Shown here: positions 1 through 7,348 of the stretch, piece by piece | Layout of the letters: each line of letters begins with the position of its first letter | Numbering within the stretch: the first letter of the stretch is position 1 | DNA from: Thermosulfurimonas dismutans | GTDB lineage: Bacteria > Desulfobacterota > Thermodesulfobacteria > Thermodesulfobacteriales > Thermodesulfobacteriaceae | NCBI RefSeq assembly: GCF_001652585.1 | Contig: NZ_LWLG01000002.1 | Span: 1-32,000, forward strand | Direction of reading: 5' to 3' | DNA length: 32,000 nucleotides | The notes under the pieces: model-generated | Database searches by the model: none | What the model was told of the DNA's origin: nothing | The model's input: the letters and a program-made list of their open reading frames with translations, nothing else | Translations under genes and position numbers: made by a program

Positions 1-34
1 GCGGGGAGTTTGGGAGTATTGAAAGAGAGGGAAC

Positions 35-66
35 TTGACGACCTAAAAAATTTAGGTAGTTATAAG
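35..66 (+). promoter_or_regulatory. Candidate promoter upstream of the riboswitch, with a palindrome in the spacer
   Basis: TTGACG at 35-40. Only weak AT-rich -10 candidates at 58-66 (AGTTAT / TTATAA / TATAAG). Perfect inverted repeat ACCTAAA-aaa-TTTAGGT at 41-57. Confidence 0.3.
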
Positions 67-87
67 AATATAAAAAAGTAGACAAAA

Positions 88-395
88 AGGTCTCCGGGTG
101 CCCCGCCCCTTTCGAGGCGGCGGGGTTAAACGGGAAGCCGGTGAGAATCCGGCGCTGGCCCGCAACCGTGACCGGGGACGAAAGCCGCTGGAGGTCGGGC
201 CTAACAGCCCGGCCTCTCGCCCGGGCGCTCGAGGGGGTGAACCCGAAGGGTTCCCGGGTGGGCCGCGGGGTCGCAAAGGGCCCTGTGGCGACAGGCCACT
301 GGGTGGGCCACGGACGTAGGTAGTCCGTAGGCCCCCTGGGAAGGCGCGGCGAGTAGGACGATCCGGAAGCCGGGATACCGGCCCGGGGGCCGAGA
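88..395 (+). promoter_or_regulatory. Cobalamin (B12) riboswitch aptamer
   Basis: Conserved core GGGAAGCCGGTGAGAATCCGGCGCTGGCCCGCAACCGTGA at 132-172. GCCACTG at 295-301, CTGGGAAGGCG at about 336-346, and B12-box-like AAGCCGGGATACCGGCC at 367-383. GC-rich helices include CCCCGCC/GGCGGGG at about 101-126. It sits directly 5' of a TonB-dependent receptor gene. Aptamer boundaries are approximate. Confidence 0.85.
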
Positions 396-499
396 AAGGG
401 AGCGGAGCTTCGAGGCTAACTGCTCCGTTCCCGAGTCGGAGAACGTGCCTCTGGGCCGCGGACCAGAGGCCTCTCCTCCTCGGGAACATTTCCTCGAAG

Positions 500-535
500 C
501 TCCCTCCTTCGAAAAAAACTTTGCGAAGGGGGGAG
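500..535 (+). promoter_or_regulatory. Riboswitch expression platform: Shine-Dalgarno-sequestering helix
   Basis: CTCCCTCCTTCG (500-511) can pair over 12 bp (one G-U) with CGAAGGGGGGAG (524-535). The second arm contains the purine-rich SD just upstream of the ATG at 540. The loop is 512-523. Confidence 0.5.
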
Positions 536-539
536 GCGT

Positions 540-2459
540 ATGGCGAGAAGTTTTCTTCTGTTTCTGTTGGGCATGCTGGTCTTCGGATTTGCCGCGCCGG
601 TTACGGCTCAAACCTCCGCGGAGGAAGGAGCGGAGGTAGTGGTAACCGCCACGCGAGTTGAGACCGATGTGCGACACCTTCCGGACTCGGTGACGGTCAT
701 CTCCCGTGAAGACATAGACCGGCGGGAAGTCCAAGGGCTATACCAAGCTCTTGAGACCTATCCTTCCATATCCATCAAACACAACGGCTGGCTGGGACAG
801 TGGGGTTATCTGAGGCTTCGAGGAGGAAAAAGTCAGGATACAGCGGTGCTTTTTGATGGCGTACGTCTCTATGATCCTTCTTATCCCGCCAATGATTTCG
901 GAGATCTCTGGTCCTGGTTCGATGCCGAAAATTTCGAACGTATAGAAATTGTGCGTGGTCCCCAAAGTGCTCTTTATGGGTCCAACGCCATGACCGGGGC
1001 CGTAAACCTCATTCCCCGGAAAGGCGGAGGCCCCTTTGAGGCCCGCTTCAAAGGCGGTTACGGTCGCTACGATACTTGGCGTGGGACGGGCCATGTAAAA
1101 GGCTCCCTCGGGCCCCTCGGTTATTTCGTAGGAATCTCGGGGGTGAACACTGATGGTCTCTACCGAGATTCCGAATTCCGTCAGTCCACCGTAGACACTA
1201 ATCTAAATCTCACTCCCTTTGCTAACTCCTCAAACCGGATCCTGAAGACCCTCAAACTCGACTACACTCTCCGCTACGCTTACGGGTATCTCAATTACGG
1301 ACAGTGGGACTGGAAGAGCTTCAGAGCCTACAACGATCCTCATGCCGAACGCCGTCAGATCATCTTCCTCAATCATTTTACGGTGACTTTAAAACCTACT
1401 AAATGGTGGAACAGCAAATTAACTGCAGGTTACCATTTCACTAAAAGAGACTATCTTGACCGGGACGACGGGGTTCTGGCCTACAGAGCCGACGGCTCTC
1501 CGGTGACCGATAGTTACATGGATGGTCTTTATCGCGGAAAAGTCTATCCGGTGATCTTTCAAAACGACTTCTTTTACAAGGATTGGGTAATCCTCTCGGC
1601 TGGCATCGAATATTACAAAGAAAAAGGAGACTTTTATAATGCCTCTTCCTGGGGAACCAAGGAGTATGACGACGAGGTTTCGACTACCTCTTATTTTGCC
1701 AACCTTTTCCTATTGCCGATGGATGAGCGTCTCGCAGTGAACTTAGGGGCTCGCGTGGACGATCACGAAGAATTTGGCACGCACTTCACCTATAAGGTGG
1801 GCATGGCTTACTTCCTTACGGATACCTTGAAGATAAAAGCCAATTTAGCCACCGGTTTTCGGGCACCTTCCCTTTTCAATCTATATGATCCTCGCTACGG
1901 CAATCCGGATCTCGATCCGGAAGAAAGCACCGGCGGAGACATAGGTGTGGAACAGGAGCTTTTCGGCGGAAAACTTCGCTGGTCGGTCACCTGGTTCAAC
2001 ACCCACTATGAGGAACGCATAAGCTTCAACTATGCCACCTGGCATTACTACAATTCTGGAGGCGGAGTAGCTACCGGCCTTGAAACCGAAATAGAAAGTC
2101 GGCCCTATTCGTGGCTTTCCCTAGGGCTAAACTACACCTACACCGAAGGCCAAGAAGACGACACCGAAAACCTGGCCCTGGTGCCGCATCATCAAATAGG
2201 GGCCAGGGTCTCCTTTGAGTGGCAAAAATTACGTTTGAATCTCTACTACAAGTACGTAGGGCGCCGCCCGGCTTACGACCACAAACATATGATTGCCGAC
2301 TATAGCCGAGTGGACCTCACCGGGAGTTACGCCGTCACGGACTATGCTGAAGTGTTTTTCCGGGCGGAAAATCTCTTTGATGTGGACTACGAATGGGCCG
2401 CTGGTTATCGAGCCCCGGGCTTCAACCTTTTTGCGGGTATCAAGCTGAAGACCTTTTAA
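540..2459 (+). CDS. btuB: TonB-dependent outer-membrane receptor, BtuB-like (639 aa)
   Basis: Signal peptide MARSFLLFLLGMLVFGFAAPVTA-Q. TonB-box-like EVVVTATR. Plug motifs IEIVRGPQSALYGSNAMTGAVNLI. Beta-barrel ends in the aromatic residue ...GIKLKTF. Size is close to BtuB-type 22-strand receptors, and it lies immediately behind a B12 riboswitch. Confidence 0.85.
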   Translation: MARSFLLFLLGMLVFGFAAPVTAQTSAEEGAEVVVTATRVETDVRHLPDSVTVISREDIDRREVQGLYQALETYPSISIKHNGWLGQWGYLRLRGGKSQDTAVLFDGVRLYDPSYPANDFGDLWSWFDAENFERIEIVRGPQSALYGSNAMTGAVNLIPRKGGGPFEARFKGGYGRYDTWRGTGHVKGSLGPLGYFVGISGVNTDGLYRDSEFRQSTVDTNLNLTPFANSSNRILKTLKLDYTLRYAYGYLNYGQWDWKSFRAYNDPHAERRQIIFLNHFTVTLKPTKWWNSKLTAGYHFTKRDYLDRDDGVLAYRADGSPVTDSYMDGLYRGKVYPVIFQNDFFYKDWVILSAGIEYYKEKGDFYNASSWGTKEYDDEVSTTSYFANLFLLPMDERLAVNLGARVDDHEEFGTHFTYKVGMAYFLTDTLKIKANLATGFRAPSLFNLYDPRYGNPDLDPEESTGGDIGVEQELFGGKLRWSVTWFNTHYEERISFNYATWHYYNSGGGVATGLETEIESRPYSWLSLGLNYTYTEGQEDDTENLALVPHHQIGARVSFEWQKLRLNLYYKYVGRRPAYDHKHMIADYSRVDLTGSYAVTDYAEVFFRAENLFDVDYEWAAGYRAPGFNLFAGIKLKTF

Positions 2460-2509
2460 AGGCGTGAAGATTAAAGAGTCCCCCACCAAGCCCCACCCTT
2501 CCTCTCCTA

Positions 2510-2549
2510 CCCCGGGGCGGGGGTCTCATGCCCTGCTCCGGGGGCTTTT
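2510..2549 (+). terminator. Candidate intrinsic terminator or attenuator between the receptor gene and the cobN-like gene
   Basis: CCCCGGGGCGGGG (2510-2522) pairs with CCCTGCTCCGGGG (2531-2544), about 13 bp with one bulge and two G-U pairs and an 8-nt loop. It is followed by CTTTTA, so the U tract is only 4 nt. Confidence 0.4.
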
Positions 2550-2674
2550 AACATCGCTTTTCCAAATCAACCTATTTCTTCTTTCCCTTCGCTACAAAGG
2601 AGCGTTTAGATGGAGGCCTATAATTGGTATCAGCCGGAAGTTAATAAAATTTCCCGAGGAGGCCTTTTAACACC

Positions 2675-5600
2675 ATGTTAAACCTCCTATATTATACTTC
2701 AACCGGTACGGAGTTGCCCTCCCTCGAGAGGGCGGTAGCTGAGCTTCGGGCCGCAGGCCTACGCCTTAAGCTTGCAGTTTTCACCCGGGAAAGGGCTACC
2801 CTTGAGCGTAAAAAGCTTGAGGAGCTCGCCTCCCAGGCTGCAGCCCTAGTACTTGTCCCCCACGGAGGCGAGGAGAGCCTCCCGGGACTTGAAGGCCTTG
2901 TCTCTCGCTTCAAAGGCGAAATCATCCATGTGCAACCGGTCTCCGGAAGTCCGGCGGATCTTGAGCTAGTAGACAAATACGCCCGGCCGAAGGACGAGGC
3001 CTTTGGAGAGCGGGTCCGTTACCTTACCCTTGGTGGCCCGGAAAACCTCAAGAACTTCCTGCTGAAACTCCTTTCCGAGCTCGGCGAAGACGTGCCCGTA
3101 GCCGGTACTCCGGTTCCGTCTCCCACCGAAGGGATCTGGCACCCGGAAGGAGGCTTCTTTCCGGACCTTGAGACCTATCTCGACTTCCTAGAGCGGCGCT
3201 TTGGAAAAATTCCTCGCCCACTCGTGGGAATCTGGTTCTACCAGGGCTATTTCGTAAACGGGGATCTTGAACCGGTGAAAGATCTCGTCCAGGAAATCGA
3301 GGGCCTTTCGGCTGGGGCGCTTCCGGTCTTCCATCGAAGGTTCGTCTCCAAAGGCGAGGGGCTTCCGCCGACCGAGGTAGTGGAAAAGTTCTTCAAAAAG
3401 GAAGGCCTCAGCGTAATCCAGGCTCTAATCAATCTCCAGCCTTTTTCTCACCGACTCCTCTGGCCGGAGACTGAAAGGATCTATCCTGACCTCGATGTGC
3501 CCGTGCTTCAGGGGATTGTAAGTTTTGCTTCGCGCAAAAACTGGAAGGAATCCCCGGCAGGGCTCTCACCGCTTGAGGTCTCGGTTTCCGTGGCCCAGCC
3601 GGAGTTCGACGGCACTCTCATCACCTATCCTGTGGCCGGAAGGGATCAGGAAGAGGTCTCCGAGATCCTGGGGATCCCCATTCCGCGCCTAAAAACCATA
3701 CCGGAGGGGGTGCGCAGGCTTGCGAGGCTCGCCGTAAACTGGGCGCGCCTTAAACTTGTCCCCAACCGGGAAAAACGGGTAGCCATTGTCTTTCACCATT
3801 ATCCTCCTCGTGAGGACCGCATGGGCTGTGCCTTCGGACTGGACAGTTTTGAGTCCGTAGCCCGGCTCGTAAGGCGCCTTGCCGAGGAGGACTACGCCGT
3901 TGAAAAAGTATACGAGTCAGGCGAAGAGATCGCTCAAGAATTTCGAACCCGGCAAATTTACGACCGCCGCTATCTCTCGGAGACGGATCTCCTGACCAGG
4001 GCCCTCGTCAGGTGGCCGGTCGAGCGATTTCGTCCATATTTCGAACGGCTTCCGGAAGAAGCAAAGAAAAAACTTCGAGAGGCCTGGGGAGATTTTCCCG
4101 GCAAGTTTCTGGTCTCGGAAGGACAATTTCTCTTTTTTGGGATCCGGAATGGAAACCTGCTTCTCACACTTCAGCCCCCGCGGGGAAAGATCGAAAAGCT
4201 CTCGGCTGGCGACATCCACCGTCCGGACCTCCCGCCGCCCTATCATTATCTGGCTTTTTACACCTGGCTCAGGGAGGAATTTGGCGCCCAGGCCGTGATC
4301 CATGTGGGCAAACACGGAACCCTAGAGTGGCTTCCGGGGAAAGCCGTAGGTCTTTCCGAGGGCTGTTTTCCAGAGCTTGCCATCGCAGATCTTCCCAACC
4401 TCTATCCCTACATCGTAAACGATCCCGGGGAAGGCACACAGGGCCAAACGCCGAAGCTACGCCGCTATTCTAGATCACATGATCCCACCGCAGATGCAGG
4501 CCGGGCTTTCCGGCGAGCTCGCCGAACTCGCGGATCTACTGGAGGAATACCGCTCGCTTGCGGAGGAAAACCAGGCCCTGGCCGAGGAAACCCTGCGACG
4601 GATTCTTGCTAAAGGAAAAGAAACCGAGATCTTTAGCGAAATTTCAATCGGTTCCGAGGAGGCCGAAAGAGATCCGGAGAAATTTCTTTCGGCGCTACAC
4701 GACTACCTAGAAGAAGTAGCCGGAACTTATGTAAACCGAGGGCTTCATGTGTTGGGGAGGGTTCCAGAAGGTGAAGACCTGGAGGAAACCGTACGGGCCA
4801 TTCTGGAACATTCCGGAATGAGTAGAGAAGAGGTGAGGGGGCGTCTCTCGGGGATCCCGCAGGAGATGGCGCATCTGGTAAATGGGCTTTCCGGGGGCTT
4901 CGTGCCCCCGGGGCCCTCGGGGGCACCCACGAGGGGAGCGGTGGAGGTGCTACCCACCGGACGCAATTTTTTCTCCGTGGATCCTCTAAGGATCCCGACC
5001 CGCACAGCCTGGGAGCGAGGGGTGCGCCAGGCCGAGGCCCTGCTAGAAAGACATCGGCGGGACCATGGCCGGGTGCCCCGAACACTCGCCATGGTGCTCT
5101 GGGGCTCACCCACCATGCGTACCCGGGGCGAAGATTTCGCCTGTGCCCTCTGGCTCCTCGGGGTTCGCCCCCGCTGGAAAAACGACGGACGGATCTCCGG
5201 GGTGGAGGTGGTGCCGCTTTCCGAGCTCGGCCGGCCCAGGGTGGACGTCTGTCTTACGGTGAGCGGGTTTTTCCGGGACGCCTTTCGGAACTTGATGGAG
5301 CTCTTCGACCGCGCAGTGGCCGAGGTGGCTGCTATGCCGGAACCCCCGGAGATGAACCCCTTGGTGGAGGCCCTTAAAAGAGATCTTGAAGAACTTTGCT
5401 CCCAAGGACTTTCCCCGGAAAGAGCTCGCAGACTTGCCCTATTTCGGGTTTTTTCCGAACCTCCGGGGGCTTACGGCACCGGGGTGGAGACGGTGCTTGA
5501 CGCCGGAGCCTGGAAGAGTCGGCGGGATCTTGCCGAGGTTTTCCTTTCCACTATGGGCCACGCTTACGGAGAAGGGGCTTACGGAGCCGAAGCCAGGGAG

Positions 5601-6155
5601 GCCCTCCGCGGAGTGCTCTCCCGCACAGAGGTCACTTACAAGAACGAGGATACTCGGGAGATTGACATCCTTTCCTGTGATTGCTTCAACGCCTATCATG
5701 GAGGCCTAAATGCCACGGTGGAAGCTCTCTCTGGTCGCAAACCGGTTTCTTACTCCGCAAGCACCGCCGACCCGGAGCGCCCGGTGGTACGCACCACCGA
5801 GGAGGAAATGCGCTTTCTTTTCCGGATCAAGGTTTTGAACCCCCGCTGGATCGAAGGCCTGAAACAGCACGGCTTCAAGGGCGCGGGTGACCTCTCCCGG
5901 GTGGTGGACCTCATCTTCCAGTGGGACGCCACCAGCGATGTGGTCTCGGACCGCATGTACGAGGAGTTGGCCCGAACCTACGCCCTGGATCCCGGAATGC
6001 AGCGCTTCTTCCGAAAACATAATCCAGCGGCTCTTCTTAACATCGCCGAAAGGCTCCTTGAGGCCGCAAACCGCGGCCTCTGGCAGAACCCTGATCCTGA
6101 AGTCCTTAATCGCCTAAAGGACCTGGTGCTAGAGATGGAAAGGGAGCTTGAATGA
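2675..6155 (+). pseudogene. cobN: CobN-family chelatase large subunit (about 1160 aa if repaired), split by a single-nucleotide frameshift at about 4441-4443
   Basis: Two ORFs, 2675..4612 and 4479..6155. Frame 1 reads ...NDPGEGTQ and then turns into junk. The +1 frame continues AKRRSYAALLDHMIPP..., together restoring the conserved CobN/ChlH block NDPGEGTQAKRRS-x-A-x-x-DH-x-PP. Other CobN-like blocks: HVGKHGTLEWLPGK and VLPTGRNFFSVDP. It may be a true pseudogene or a sequencing error in a GGG run. Confidence 0.8.
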
Positions 6156-7348
6156 TCGAAGTAATCAAACCCTACGAAGGACTGGTGATAAAGCGCGGGG
6201 AAAGGATCCTCTTCGGGGAATTCTTAAAGCCCCATACCGTGATCTCCACCTGCCGGGTAAACGGCGGTCTTAGGAGCGGCCTCAGGTTCGTAGCCAATCA
6301 TCAGGCCTGCGAGCCCAAACCCCATCCCGAATGCGGGCACGGGGCCTGTCTGGCCAGCCGTGAGCCTAAGCGCTATCACCGTCTAATCTGCGAATATCAC
6401 GGACTGTCTCCGGAGGAAACCGCCCTCCTTGGCACGGCGGCCAACATGGCTCTAGCGGGCTTCGCGCGGAAGACCTTTCGGGGCCTTACCGTCTTCTGTG
6501 CGGCCACTGCCGGGGTGGAGACCAACGCCGGAAGGGCCGGGGACCCGGCCTCCTTCTATGAAGAGGATGGACGTTTCATAAAGATTTCCGACGAATCTTC
6601 CTTAAATAAGGCCCCGGCCTGCGATCGACGTGGAACCATCGTGCTCATGGTTTTTGTGAACCACGCCCTTACTCCCGGGGCCCTGGTGCGCGCGGTCAAA
6701 ATGGCCACTGAAGCCAAGGTCACGGTACTCGAGGAGCTACATGTGCCTTCGCGTTACTCCTGTGGCCGGGCCACAGGTACCGGCACGGATCAGATCGCAG
6801 TGGCGGCCCTTGAGTCCGGAAGACGCCCCCTTTCCGGTGCAGGAAAACATGTGAAACTCGGAGAACTGATCGCCCTTTCTGTGCGCGAGGCCCTTTTTCA
6901 AGCCCTGGCCCTTCAGAACAAACTTACCCCTGACCTCATACGCTACGCCCCGCGTCTTCTCGAGCGCTATGGCCTGAATGAAGAGGCCTTGCTTGCGGCC
7001 CTCAAGGATTACCTTCCGTCTCCGGTCTACGAGTGGCTCGTTCGCAATGTGCGTCCGGTTTTCGGAGACCTCGGACTAGTCTCTCACCTCATGGCCTATC
7101 TTCACCTCTGGGACCAGGTGTGCTACGGCGTGATACCGTCCGAGATAGCCGGTGAGGTCCTCCTGGACCAGGCGGCCCTTATCGCCTGTGCCCTTTCTCA
7201 GCGGCGAGGAGATTTTGGCCGATACCTTAAGGAGCTTGCCCAGCACAAAGCGGACCCGAAAAAACTCCTCCTTGCGGCCCTGGCTCTAGGATTTACCGCC
7301 AAGTGGCACCATCCTCTGGGGCAGGCCGTAGGCGTGATCCCTGGATGA
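6152..7348 (+). CDS. cbiZ: CbiZ-like adenosylcobinamide amidohydrolase domain with a C-terminal helical extension of about 150 aa (398 aa)
   Basis: Motifs recalled from the CbiZ family: STCRVNGGL, LGTAANM, GTIVLMVFVNHALTPGALVRAVKMATEAKVTVLEEL, ATGTGTDQIAVAA. The ATG overlaps the cobN stop (ATGA at 6152-6155). The family call is from memory of motifs and was not searched. Confidence 0.6.
   Translation: MIEVIKPYEGLVIKRGERILFGEFLKPHTVISTCRVNGGLRSGLRFVANHQACEPKPHPECGHGACLASREPKRYHRLICEYHGLSPEETALLGTAANMALAGFARKTFRGLTVFCAATAGVETNAGRAGDPASFYEEDGRFIKISDESSLNKAPACDRRGTIVLMVFVNHALTPGALVRAVKMATEAKVTVLEELHVPSRYSCGRATGTGTDQIAVAALESGRRPLSGAGKHVKLGELIALSVREALFQALALQNKLTPDLIRYAPRLLERYGLNEEALLAALKDYLPSPVYEWLVRNVRPVFGDLGLVSHLMAYLHLWDQVCYGVIPSEIAGEVLLDQAALIACALSQRRGDFGRYLKELAQHKADPKKLLLAALALGFTAKWHHPLGQAVGVIPG

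Noticed and set aside
52-734. ORFs 52..489(-), 98..319(+), 141..323(+), 201..734(-) and 445..639(+)
   Set aside because: They lie on the cobalamin riboswitch and its expression platform, and their translations are Arg/Pro/Gly-rich nonsense. They are explained by GC-rich structured RNA.
4424-4445. Programmed +1 ribosomal frameshift in the cobN-like gene
   Set aside because: There is no slippery or hungry-codon/stop context comparable to prfB or other known +1 sites. An indel in a G run is the simpler explanation. It is kept only as a minor alternative under the frameshift finding.
7303-7344. Upstream-extended start of the lipoprotein gene (track start 7303)
   Set aside because: The extension MAPSSGAGRRRDPW lies inside the cbiZ-like gene. 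The ATG at 7345 gives a canonical signal peptide and an ATGA overlap like the other junctions.
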